From NCBI RefSeq assembly GCF_009914755.1, contig NC_060947.1: DNA of 64,000 nt. One strand, 5' to 3'. The position numbers and the translations under genes were made by a program. Positions 1 to 12,440 of the stretch are shown one piece after another. Below the pieces are notes generated by a model. That model saw nothing but the letters and a program-made list of their open reading frames with translations, was not told the origin of the DNA and did no database searches. The DNA comes from the human T2T-CHM13v2.0 reference genome, Homo sapiens. The number at the start of each line of letters is the position of its first letter. The first letter of the stretch is position 1.

Positions 1-681
1 TCCTGAGATGCACTTGTTAAAAAACAGTAGTAAGCAGGCAGAAATCTGGGCTCTAACCCTGTCCCCATGCTCTTTACTGTTTTTTAGTGAATGAATTCCA
101 CCATGTATTGGTGTCACATTCATTTTAAAGCTATGCAAAGTGCTTTACAGAATTCATAAGGCTTTAAAATACCTTTGAGCCTAGAATTTTAAAGTGCTTC
201 CCAGATATTCTATGGTGGGAAATATGCTTGTTTGCAAATGGATAAATAAGAAGTGAGAGGTTAAAAGATTTATCTCAAATCACAAAGGCACAGCTAGGAA
301 TAGAGTCAGCCTGTTAAATCTCAATTCTGGGCCCAAAGCACTAGACTGGTGTGTTTTTAATCTCTTAGGAATTGTAGAACCTTTTGAGAATTCTGATCTC
401 AGGAAGTCTCAAACAGTTTAAATGATGAATCATCATTATAAGCATTTTAAAAGTTTTAAGCCTTTTAAAAAATCAATCATTACAACCACCTTAAAATGGT
501 ATCTCATCTTAAGTCTGGATTTGTTTAGCCCTAAAGAAAGTAATTAGTCCTAAAAGGCAGGCAAGTGGCCCCCATTATCCCACTTTGTTTAGAGGAACCT
601 AGATCATTTCTAGGCTCAAAGAGGCTGCTTTGAAAACCTTGTATTAATTATCTTGAGGTGGACTAGGAAGTGGTTTTGTAG

Positions 682-865
682 TCTGGAGCCTTGGGCCTCA
701 GTCTTGACTCTGATCTTCAGTTAAGTTTCCTTTAGCTTTGGTTTTCTCATCTGCACAATGGGAATTAAATGAATATCGCTAATTACAGAGGATTGGGGTG
801 AGAATACAAGGACATAGGACATGGGAAATGCATGTGTATAAGGCATTAGAGTATGATACAAAAAT
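682..865 (+). mobile_element. MIR SINE fragment
   Basis: MIR core ttttctcatctgcacaatggg, followed by gaggattggggtgaga. Confidence 0.6.
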
Positions 866-869
866 CAAG

Positions 870-1130
870 GGGTAGTTTAGAAAGACAACTACATTTTTTG
901 GCTATAACATGCCTGATTGGGAAGGTCTCTGAAGGCTCATTCTGCAATATTATAAGCCTAGAGAGAAAGCCAATTAGAAGTAGTATTCCTTACATGCATG
1001 ACAAGGCCTTCCAAAAGTATGACAAACAGACATATACAGGAAACAAAACTGAGACTGAAAGATTCTCTTGAATACCAAAGACTGAATATAGATGTTCCTT
1101 CATGTAGCAACTGGCCCTGTATAAAATGCA
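870..1130 (+). mobile_element. Possible ancient RTE-clade (L4-like) LINE remnant
   Basis: Frameshifted peptides YMHDKAFQK and KLRLKDSL..LNID resemble the RTE post-RT motifs RMxDxRLPK and KLRxKDxLK...ID. Confidence 0.35.
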
Positions 1131-1479
1131 TGGGGGAATTAGCTCCCTTCTCAGACATGGACATCTCTGAAAGCCAATCAAGATCTGATGCTCTCATGGC
1201 AGAGAAAGATGGTGCATAGAAATGGGCAATCCAGAGGGGAAACGAAAGCATTGCAGACCCTCGGATGGCACCCACAAAGAATCCAGCCAGCCTGAGAAAA
1301 GGGTGAGTTGCAGAGTGGAGAGAAAATGAGACATTATCAACATCCTATGCTACCTCCTCTGACCATTTCTTTCTCCTTACTCCACTATTCACTTGTTCTC
1401 CCCCAGTTCTCTCACACCTTCAGGCTTAAAAAAAAAAAGAAAGAAAAAGAAAAAAACAGTTTTCCCATCTCTGTTCCTT

Positions 1480-2540
1480 TGCTCACACCGTTTTGCTTGC
1501 CTAGAATTCCCTTCTCATCACTCCTCTCAGCACCTCCACCCAAATAAGAAAAATTCTGGAATGTTCTTTTACTCATCACTGAACCCAAGTCTACCCCATC
1601 TTGCTAGGCCCCAATCAATTCTTATCTCCTTTAAATTTGAGTTTCTCTTGTGGCTATATTCATTTTCTATTTGAGATTACAGTTATTTGTATACTTGGTC
1701 TTATTTCCTTTACTTGACTATAATTTCCTTCCTTCAGGCAAATTACAGTTATTGGCACAGCGCTCAACACAGAGTAGGTGTTAAATGAATGATTTTAGAT
1801 TATCATTGCCTGAGGTAAGCAGGCCACCATCATCTCTCACCTTGATTTCTGCAACAGCCCAAGTAACCTTTCTGCATTCTGTATTGTTCCCTTCCAATCT
1901 ATCCTTTACACTGTCACAATATATATCTTAAAAACAGTACTTTCATTATGTTACTCTCCTACTCAAGAACATTAATTAATATCCTGCTATACATAATAAG
2001 GTCCAAATCCCTCTGCCTTTCTCTCAAAGCTCTTTGATATCAGCTGAATAGGGTTCTTGCTGCTTCCAGGTATTTGTGTATGTTGCTTGCTCCCTAGTAG
2101 TGGAATGCTTTCTCCTCTCCACAGATCTAAATTCAGTTGATCTCAAGTCCATCAGGAAGCCTTCCCTAACTTGAATTTGGAGCTAGATTGTCAGTAGGAC
2201 TAATGCAAGCCTCTCTTTTTTTGTGAGGACTGAGAAGCAACAGCTAAGCTCTGATGTTCCTTTGGCAGTTCAAGTTTTATCTAAAATAGTTTTCTACTAA
2301 TTACAAGAAAAGCCTCCTCCATCCTTTATTTGTCCTCTTTTATAATTCTACAGCATTATTCTCTGTACCACTTTTCCTGTAACAAAATCATATCTTTCCT
2401 TATATTGTTATGTACCTGTCTCCAATGTACACGTTTTGTCTTTCAAATGAGATTGCAGAATTTGCATCCATTTTGTTCTTTCCACAAACTGGGGACCTAC
2501 TAGGTCTTCAGTTCACACTTTCAAACAATTACTGATTTAT
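1480..2540 (+). mobile_element. L2 LINE fragments (interrupted at 2169-2315 by an inverted duplication)
   Basis: L2 3'-end motif cacagcgctcaacacagagtaggtgttaaatgaatg near 1760-1792; aggaagccttccct motif at ~2155-2167. Confidence 0.55.
2169..2315. repeat. Inverted repeat arm A (147 bp; pairs with 3678-3824)
   Basis: Hand alignment to the reverse complement of 3678-3824 gives about 8 mismatches and 2 indels. Confidence 0.95.
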
Positions 2541-3677
2541 TCCCTGATTATTCTGTCTGGCCTTCCCTTTGTTTCCTCCACTGTCTGCAGCTGTTTTAAG
2601 GAGCTTATTATTCAGTTGATACCTAAAAGATGATGTTGACTTGGTAAGACCAGTTTTCTTTAAGAAAGTCCTCACTTTCCCTCAACATTTTCAGAGCAAA
2701 TTTTATAATGCTCTGAGTATATTTTAGCTTGCTGTCTTTGGAGATCTTTTAATATCTGTATCTATCTATGTCTCTATTTATCTGTCTATCACTGCTTTGT
2801 TGTTCATGTTAATTCAGCAGTTATTAAGTATAGGTACTTAATACTTCACACTATGTGTGAAGAACATTAAAATAGAATTTTTACATACAGAACAATATAT
2901 TCTCATTATTTTAATAAAAGAGAAGTATTTTCATACTCCTCCTATTAATAACTGGATAAATATTAACCTTCATTACTAGTTTCCCTAAGCGCAATATATT
3001 CCAAGGCTTATAAATAAGCAGTTGTGTAATGAGAGAAAAGACACTTGCATTCCATCCAATGGCAACACATTAATAATATTCCCCTCCTTTCAAAGCCATT
3101 TGGAGGATTTTCATCAACAAAGAGAGAATAGCCAAAGGAAAAATAGAAGTTATTGAAAAAATTACTCAGGATCAACCCTTTAAAGGAAAATGTTCCTTAA
3201 AAAATTACACATTCTTTCTCTCCTGGTTTGCTTCCAATACTTCAACCTCTAATTCAGTATTTTTCCCCTCCCCTTTTCCCTAAACATTATTTGCCCACAT
3301 TTGTCTACACTCCCTTATTGTCATAATATACCAATTTTGTCAAAGCAAGGCACTTAACTGCCATCTGCTAGAAAATTGCCACAATGAATATATACATCTA
3401 TGGTGTCTACAATGTGAAAGGTGTCCCATTAGACATGACACCCTCATATAGTGCACAACCTGTACAACTTTATGTGGTCATCTTGCCCTGCAGCTATTCT
3501 AGAAAGGGTAGAAGTTTTCCTTCTCATTTAAAAGGAAAAGTTGTTCCTTCTGATTGGAAACAAGGTGCCTGTTGGGGTTTCCTGCTCTCTGATTGGAGAC
3601 TTCATATTCTCTTCCCTGACCAGACCATTTCAAGGTCAGGGTGCTAATCTGATCAGAGGCATTGGTGAAACAAGTTA

Positions 3678-3824
3678 AGGCTTTTCCTGTAATTAGTAGA
3701 ACGCTATTTTAGATAAAACTTGGACTGCCAAAGGAACATCAGAGCTTAGCTGTTGCTTCTCAGTCCTCACAAAAAAGAGAGAGCCTTGGAATAGTCCTAC
3801 TGACACCTAGCTCCAAATTCAAGT
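3678..3824. repeat. Inverted repeat arm B (147 bp; pairs with 2169-2315)
   Basis: Reverse complement acttgaatttggagctag...gtgaggactgagaagcaacagctaagctctgatgttcctttggcagt...gaaaagcct matches arm A. Confidence 0.95.
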
Positions 3825-6800
3825 GCCAGGTACAGGAGAAATTTGACACTAAGGTAATGAGTCAAGAGCTTTTCAATTAAAGTGAAAAGCCTACCAGAAA
3901 TAGATTAAATTCTGATTAACAGTTAAGATTAGTGAAAAGGTTACCAAATGGTACTTAGTTATTTGTTTCAACCTGCTCTCCATATAGTACACTTAAATGC
4001 AATAGTCTTTAGTGTTATTATGCTGTATTTAGTGTTATTATGTAGTATTTTAATAAATGTGCATTTTGGATTTTTTTAAGAACTGGGGAGATAAATCATC
4101 ATTCTCATTTTTATTAAAATTAACTATGTTCATGACTGAAGACTAGTAATTCAAGACCACACAATCAATATGGGCCTCCTCCTAGTACATATGGTGTGTC
4201 TGTGTGAGTTAGAAAAATCTATAATCCTCTGGGAAGATATGAGGCAGTCCTGCTTACCACCGCCTACTGGTAATGCAAAGGTTTGCACAGGGTGCTATGG
4301 GAACCCTAGGTTCTGGGTGTCTAGCCCGGAGGGGATAGCAGTGAAGGCCTGCTGGATGAGACTGCTGAGCTGAGTTAATGGCACATCACTGGCTTTATTT
4401 AAGAGACATAAAAGCTAAGCCACAGAAAGATTAAGCAATTTACCCCATATTGCACCACCATCTAAATTGGAGTCCACCAAAGTGAGGTGACTTCCAATCT
4501 AAGAAGAGTCCAAACTCTTCAACTTCTTGCTACAAGTTACCACGGAGCAAAGATTTTTGTGAGAAAATTCCATACTGATATGCCTCACAGACACGAACAT
4601 TAGCATATTAAAATGCAGGCACACCAAAATAACCCAGTCTTGCAGCATTTTAGGACAGCTCATTAACACCTATACCACAATCCTGGCAACCTTTAGTTCT
4701 TCATTTTATAGTTGCTGCAGCTTGCTACAGGAAGATGTATTGCATCAGCTCAAACTTCCTTGGACACCAACTTTAAGAGGCCTGAGTCATTCAAATCATT
4801 ACCCAAAGTCCTTCGACCATCAAAGGCAGCAAACAAAAGTACCGCTAATTAATAATGTAATTAGGGTTTATTATAACTAGCATACATTTGTTCTAGGTCT
4901 GATTCACCCTTGCTTTGAACTGGCTTTGTCCTGTTTTTATCTGTGCTTAATTGTACTGTTTTATGTGCATTTGATTTTGTAAGATACTTCGTATCTTTTC
5001 TGGATGCAGGCAGAGTGTAAATTCTAAATAAATAATAAACAACGGATTAAAGTTATGTAGAATTAGCTCTTTTATGTGCTTCATGTACAGTTTATAGTAC
5101 ACTGAGGCCCCTTACAAATTCAATGTGGATGGTACGTTTATGCCTATTTTATAGGACTTGGAACAATTTTGCTGCTTTAAATGATTACAGAGGCTTACAG
5201 TTATATACTAGCTTTTACCACATATTTTTAGTTATATCTACAGTTTATTTGGTGTAGTGTTCTTTGTCAGGAACACAATCCCCAAAAATAATAAAGAGCT
5301 ATAAGCAAAGACAGTGTGCATTATGACAACCCACTTTATGAGATAGTTTTAACACATTCCAGGTTAGGAGGAGGGAAGAAAGAAACTTGAGAGAACGGCC
5401 ATGTTTCCGAGAAAGTATGATCTACCTTCTGGAATATTACAGGCCAAAATTTAAACCCTGACTTGTTTCTTTCTTTCTTTTTCTTTTTCTTTTTGGTCCC
5501 ATGTGCTCCTGCATCACCAGCCTCCTTGCTAAGGAGCTAGTAATAAACAGGGAGCGCAAACACACTCTCCTCTTAGCCTAAAATAAGCAATTGGGAAGCT
5601 AAGTTATTTACAAACCCATTTTAGCATAGAAGAGGAGTGATAAAATACTGCATGTTTTATGTTAAGTGTCTGGCTTTCATTTATTATTTCATTGAGAAAA
5701 ACATGAGATTCTACTGCTAAAAAGGTTTTAAAACCACTGGACTACCTGACCCCCAAAGGCTCTTTCCAGGACATTCTATGGGTCTATAATACTGAAGATA
5801 AAAGGCTTCACTGGATTTTCATCATGGTTTCTTATTTCCACTATAGAAAACACTGAAATGAAATAGGAAAAAATGTCATAGAGAAAGCAGATGAGACTTT
5901 TGTAACCATGTAATGTGGATAAAAGAGGGCCTGAAACAGCAGGAAAAGGATACTAGATAATATATTTATTTTCTCCCGTTTTAGCTTTTGTAGTTTAAAT
6001 TGGAATTTAGCATACAAATAAATTGAAAGCTGGATAGTTTTTAATTATATGCCCCATCAGCCAACCCTCCACTTCAGCCATGTTATACTAATCAACAGCT
6101 CTTCAATGATTGCACAACATTAATCAGGTGATATACAAAATTTTGTCGGTTGCGTTTATTTATTTATTTTTCTGAGTCTACTTGCCAGGGAATCTGTTGT
6201 CTTTAAAATTTCAATAGGACTTGCCTCATCTACTTTATTTTTTACAATCTTTCAATCAGTACCCTATGATTCCCTGGCCCTGGCCTCACCTGCCCAATTC
6301 AAGTATAACTTCACTTCTACTGATACTTTTCACTGTCACTGCTTAATTTAATACCAGTTTTCTCTCCTCTCTGGGTTTGAGGGGGATATATTGTTCCTAC
6401 GTTCCTCAAACAACTTCTTCATTTTTTCCCCTAAACTTCTTACATCAAAGTGAATTTGCTATCAGGCAGTCTCTCATATCTGCACCTAATCCATCTCTGA
6501 AAACTTGTTGGATGATGAATTTTGAATTGTAGGAACCTTTGTTCCATTATTTAGGTTGGAAAAGCGATAATGCATTCCCACCACATCTAAAAGTCCCAAT
6601 ATTTCTTCAAATATGGTAAAACACTGTTAAATGCCCATGTAACAATCCTCCAAATATGTATCATATTATAAAGCATTTAAAACACCAAGTACCTAATTAT
6701 TGAACACTTAACAGACAAGCAGATACTTTGTGAGTAGGTCACAATAATGCCCTGCTATACGGAGTACAAAGTACTTCCCACACAAAAAAACAACCTTTCA

Positions 6801-8819
6801 AGCTGTTTCAAAGGTCTACCTTTGTGTTTCATCATTTTCATCATTAGAAAAAAAGACAGAGAAATTCAAAAAGTTCAGTGCCAGTAAGGAATTGTGGAAA
6901 GGCAAAGTAAGGCTTTTTCAGGAATTTCTAGAAAGAGGACTCACAAGTGCGAAGGAATATAATAAGAAAGCCATGAAGAGAACCACTAATGGGTACTTTG
7001 ATTCCATGTGAAACCAAAGTGAAGCTCTCACATCCAAAAAAACAAACAAAAAAAATGTCACCAAGTTAAGTAAATTCAAGCAGAGGAGATCATAACAATG
7101 TCAAAATTATCATTTTAATTAGTCTTAACAGTCAAAGAGAGTTAAGTAGTTTGCACTAGAGGTGAGGTAGGGAAGAAAGGGACAGTAATATCCGAATTCT
7201 GGGTAAGAGAAAAGTTGTTTTACTCAAGCTCTGCAGGAGGGAAATTGTCACAGTAAGCATTAATTGAGGTTAGTGAGAAGGGTACCAACTTGCTAATTTT
7301 CTGAAATCAAGAATCTTGTTCTGCAGCTTCATTTACTGTCCTCTTTATTGTTTACACTTAGCTGTTTTAATAAAGCTACATCATATTTTCCTCTATAGTG
7401 CACAGTGATGTGAATAAACCATGAAATAATATGTTAAATGTACATAATAAATGCAAGTGACACTTATCAAGGGAAAATTAAAAACCAAGTTTATTATAAA
7501 ATGGAACTGAGAAACTACTCTTAGAGTTGGGGTTCAGAGGACATCACCATGATGCTGGAGCTGACTTCAGGACAGTGAGGGCTCAACTGACAGAGCCCAG
7601 AGTTCATGAAAACTTTCTGGGTTTCAAGTCTCTTTACTGACAGCCAAGGAGCTTAACAATTTTTGCTCAGCAGGTACCTTTCATTTCCTGCGTCAAGCTG
7701 CAAAATCCCAGAAGAGAAAAGGTAGAGACATTTGCTGCAGGAGAAGGTAAATGAATGAACATCCAGGATTTAGTCCTACAAGCCATACTTTCATTCCCCT
7801 CTACTCTTGGAGGCAGGGAAAAGGCTCAGTCCTCAGAACTACTGCCTCTTGTTTCAGAAGAACACTGCAAAGCTCTGGATGTGTGGGTGGGTGGGGAGCA
7901 TTAAGCATATCTCTCAGTATCCTACACGTGCTTGAGGGAAACAAGGGGTAAGAATCCCTGTCCTCAGGGGCCAATATTTCCTTTACAGGCTCTTTAAAGC
8001 AAGAGGCTTAAACAATAAATGCCTATAATGCTTTGGAAGATGAAAATCTCTGAAGTGCTACTGACCAGGCTGAAGATTCTGATCTTACTCAATAATGCAT
8101 TACACTTCCCTTTTAAATTACTGATTCAGCCTTGGTTGGGTTGTATACAGTTTATTAACTCTCTCAAGTTTTGATCACACTTGGTTAATGAAAGCTGGAT
8201 GAATTGAATATTCTATTTCCTTATAATTGTGGATAATGTCCTCATATATTCTTATTTCCCTTCTGGGTATGGCATACCCAGTTTAGCATAATGCTGTAAC
8301 TTCTTGTTAAAGAGACAAAGCCATCACTAATTTTTTTTTTTTTTGGCATATAGTTAAAAGTGACTCAGAAATTTAGATTTTTTCCCTTTGGGAATTTAAC
8401 AGTGGGAAGATAAGGTTGGTTTTGTTCTGGATCTCCTTCTCCAAGGCCAAGTCACAAAAGCTAACTGGACAAATAAAATCTAAGTGTCCAAAAAAGTGCA
8501 GTAAGTAAATGTGAGATCAAACTGCATTTGTATATGGGAGCAACTGCAACAATTGTGTCTACATAAAATCTATATACTTACTGCTTCACACAGCAAATAT
8601 GCCCCTGAATGGTTGTGATTCAAGCATATGTTTAACAATCAGATCAGACAGGAGTTTGACTAGATGAACTTTAAGCTAAAATGAACAAGTGTTTCCTAAA
8701 TCCAAGGTAGAATAATGAACACGATCTAATAATTAAGCGTGTGGGGCTGTGACTGGGGCAGGGTGAAGCCCGAGACACAATTGTGCATTCCCCAAAGTCT
8801 TACTACAGAAGACTATAAG

Positions 8820-8975
8820 CAAATATTCAGAGAAAATAAATGAAAAATATAGCAAAATATTAACAGTGATTATCTCTGAGTGGTGGGGTACTAGATGATT
8901 TTTATTTACTTTTTAGAAGCTTTCTTGATTTTCCACATTCTCTGAAATTAGCATGCATTCCTTTATTTTATTACA
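8820..8975 (+). mobile_element. Old L1M (L1ME/MC-type) 3'UTR fragment
   Basis: aaatattaacagtgattatctctgagtggtggg...gatttttattt motif. Confidence 0.55.
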
Positions 8976-9109
8976 TTGAATTTTAGTTTAAGTAGAGGAA
9001 TGCTGAGAGAACTGACTATTAATAGTGAATACCTTGGCAAAGCATCTGGTAAAACAAATAACCACCATCTGCATATTTGTTTTGGTAATTGAGTCTCTCA
9101 TTTACCAGT

Positions 9110-9235
9110 TTTGCTTAAAGGTAGTCTCATCCATGTGGTTTTGTTCACTGTAGAATCCTCAGTGGTTAGCACAATGTTAAACACATAGCACATAGGGAGC
9201 AGGTATCAGTTTACGTTTTAAAGAAATAAATGAAT
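9110..9235 (+). mobile_element. L2 3' end
   Basis: ttttgttcactgtagaatcctcagtggttagcacaatg...aataaatgaat. Confidence 0.6.
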
Positions 9236-10310
9236 TTTAAAATTTGGAAAACATTAATTGAGTCTCTCTGCTTATAAATATGATTTGCAAATTTTATGGA
9301 TTTGTGAAAATCAAGCCCTTTTATCGCCCTGCAGGAACAGACATCAAAGCCAGCACATAATGAAACATAATGGAGGATGGATCACCTCCATTACTGAGTT
9401 GGCGAAGGGTCCTTCCCTGTTAGGTAGGGGTGTCTGACTAATTGGTAGTTAATAGCAAGAGTGTCACTGCTTTTGAGTTTATCATCAACTCTTAATTCTC
9501 TGTAGTGTTAGATGGGAACAATGACGCAGCGAATTCCCAAATCATTTGTTTGGTTTGGAAAAGAGGTATGATTTTTCCCCAGAAGGTTTGCCTCCTAATT
9601 CTTTTTCTTTTGGACAGTGCCTTTCTTGGGAGTGTTGCCTACCTGGATGATGGGGAAGGTAACCAGAAATAGACTGGGGCAGCGGGAAGCCAGCCTGGGA
9701 TTAAAATGTATCATCCTTTAGCCTTAGTGCTGAATGTAAAGTTCACTGGTGCCATTTGAGAGGGATAGTACCTTTTCTTTGTACAACACTTCAGATCTGT
9801 GGAGCCTGTGGGAGAAGTGAGTGCTTTTTTTTTTTTTTTTTTTTTGAGGCTTTTTTTCTGTCTTTGCTTTTTCTTTTAAAAAATCTCAGGAAGAAAGTTC
9901 AATGGTGTTGGAGGGATTATAGCCAACTTGCCTTAGATTAGGAGGATTTCTTCCCTTTTCCTCAAATATTTTTTTTCTCCTCTTGGATGTGGAGAGGAAT
10001 AAAGTCCATTGATTTTAGTAAAGTTGAAGGTATCTCCTCTTACAATGGAAGATTTTTTTCTTTAAAAATCTCCAGGGGAAAAGATTCATTGCTTTTGGTG
10101 GAGGTGGGGGAGCATCTCTCTTTAGGTCTGGAGGATTTCCATTAAAAAATAGGTTTTGTGGAGAGGACCTACAAGGGCAACTTGTTTTAATGAAGCTGGG
10201 GAGCCCTCCCTAGTAGGATTTTTCTTTCTTTCCTTTTCTTTAAAAGAAACAGTTTATTGGGAAAAATTAGAATGGGAGACATCTCTCCTGGAAAGATTTT
10301 CTTTTCCTTT

Positions 10311-10349
<39 letters not shown>

Positions 10350-10599
10350 GAAACAGTGAAGGCTGAAAGATACATAAGGTCCCTGGGATAGGGTGAGATT
10401 GGGTACATACCCACCACCCCCCCCACACGCACATTCCCCACCTTGAAGAAGCTTGAGAAAGAGATTTTGTGTGTGTGTGGTTTTTTTTTCCTTATTGTGG
10501 GGGATGGAGAGGGTAGTCATCAGGAATAATACGCAATGTCTGCAGTAAGGTGTTGGTGCATTTTCCTGGAGAGAATTTCTTTCTTTGATCCTTTAAAAA

Positions 10600-11120
10600 A
10601 TAATCCCTTTGTTAATTTTCTTCTTCCTCTTTCCCACCCCTCCTTCTCTGCCACCTTCACTCTATCCTACCTAGTCCTTTTCCCCTTCCCTTCACATTTC
10701 TCCCCCCATCCTCCTTCCTCTCTCCCTCTCCTTTCCTCCGTCTCCCCTTTCTTTTTCCCTCTCCTCCCTTCTCTCCCCCTCTTTCTTTTTCCCTCTCCAC
10801 CTCTCCCCTTTGTCTCTCTCTCTGGCTCCCTCCCTTCCTCTGTCTCTCTCCCTCTTTTTTCCTCTCCCTATCTCAGTCTCTCCCTACCTGCTCCTACCTT
10901 CCTCTCCTCTCTACCTGTCCGGCTTTCCCCCTCCCTCCCTTCTCCCCTCCTCCCTCTCTTCCTCTCTCTGTTTCTCTCCCTCCTTCTCCCTTCTCTTCCT
11001 TCTTTCTCCCTCTCTCCTTCTCCCCTCCTCCCTCCCTTCCTCTCTCTGTTTCTCTCTCTCCTTCTCCCTTCTCTTCCTTCTTTCTCCCTCTCTCCTTCTC
11101 TTTGTTTCTTTTTTGTTTTC
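10600..11120. repeat. Polypyrimidine/polypurine tract containing a 78-bp tandem duplication
   Basis: About 500 nt of nearly pure C/T on +; a 78-bp unit is repeated at ~10938-11100 (26-aa repeat in the ORF track). Confidence 0.9.
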
Positions 11121-11388
11121 AGAAAAATATTCAAGGACTTTGGTGAGTTTGGGGGCATCTTCATTCCTTAAGAAAAATATTTCTCTTTAAAATATACTGT
11201 TCATGTTCTTCCCTTCCCGCCCCCCATAATTCTAAATGTATTTGCTTGTTTTGAGAAAAAAAGGGGCTTTGTTGAGGCTGAGAATACTTTTGTTTAAGAG
11301 GACTTTCTTGGCTTTGTGTTTCTCCCCTACCTATCTTTTCTATTTGTTCTCAAATTACAAAAATTCTATATTAAGAATAAATCTTTTG

Positions 11389-11490
11389 GTAAATTATATA
11401 AATATATTAAATTATCACATGTTCCCTGAAAATATGTACATCTATTATGCATCAGTTAAAAATTAATTAAAAATAAATAAATAAAATAAA
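11389..11490 (+). mobile_element. Very short 5'-truncated L1 (L1PB/L1MA-type 3' end) inserted in an array unit
   Basis: aaattatcacatgttccctgaaaatatgtacatctattatgcatc plus A-rich tail; TSD aagaataaatcttttg (11373-11388) / aagaataaagtttttg (11491-11506). Confidence 0.7.
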
Positions 11491-12192
11491 AAGAATAAAG
11501 TTTTTGAGTGAATTTGAGTCAACTCCCATTAGAAGGATTTTCTTTCATTTTTTCTTCTTTTAAAAAAATCGGTTTTTTTTTTTTTGGTTGTGTTTTGACA
11601 GGAAAATTAATGGGTCTTTGTGACATTGAAGTACTTCTTCTCTTTAAGAGGATTCTGTTTTTGTTTCATTAGTAATATCCTCTTCACCAACACATATACC
11701 CTTCCATTCTTAATTTTATTTTAAATCTTAAAAAAAATTGTATTTTAAGAATAAGGTTTATGCTCTTTAGTCATGGAGGAGTGGTATTTCTTTTGTCCCT
11801 CCCTCCCGCACCCCCCGCGCCCCTGCTTCTTGGAATTAAAAATTCTGGAGATTTGGTATAGTCAGGGACCTATCCTTTAATATTTCTTTCTTTTTTTAAT
11901 TAAAATGTGTGTATCTAGAGGGGAGGATTCGTAAATTTCATTAACTTTTATGATTTTTGAGAATATCTGCCCTTAAAAAGATTTCCTTTTTTTGTTTGTT
12001 TTCCTTAATTTCTTTTTTTTTAATTGAAGGGGTGGCAAATAAAGGTTATTATCCTTGGCGAGGTTGAAGATCCTTTAAGAGGATCTCCCTTTCTTTTAGT
12101 TCCTTTTTTCAATTTTGTTTGTTTTTTGTTTTTGGGAGAATAATAGGTCTCTTATCTTGTGGTTAGAGGGATGGTATCTTTCTTTGAACTAT

Positions 12193-12440
12193 TTTTAAAA
12201 ATTGAGATGTAATTTACATACCATAAAATTCATCATCTTAACATACACAATTTTGTGGGTTTTATTGTATCCACAGTGTTGTGCACCCATCACCATTCTC
12301 TGATTTTAGAACATTTTAATCACCCTCAAAAGAAACCCTGTACTCTTTAGCCATCATCCCCTTTTCCACCTCCCATATTGCTTCCCTCATTTCCTTTCCA
12401 TCTCTAAGGATTTGCCTCCTCTGCACATTTTATGTAATCG
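12193..12440 (-). mobile_element. L1M (L1MB/MC-type) 3' end inserted in the array
   Basis: attgagatgtaatttacataccataaaattcatc...tttagaacattttaatcaccctcaaaagaaaccctgtac. Confidence 0.8.

Noticed and set aside
1295-1310. Strong + strand donor GG|GTGAGT
   Set aside because: Isolated motif with no acceptor or exon evidence
4008-4050. 20-bp tandem duplication tttagtgttattatg
   Set aside because: Ordinary slippage duplication with no further context
10536-11190. 211-aa, 126-aa and 98-aa ORFs
   Set aside because: Artefacts of a stop-free polypyrimidine tract (L/S/P/F or R/E/G only)
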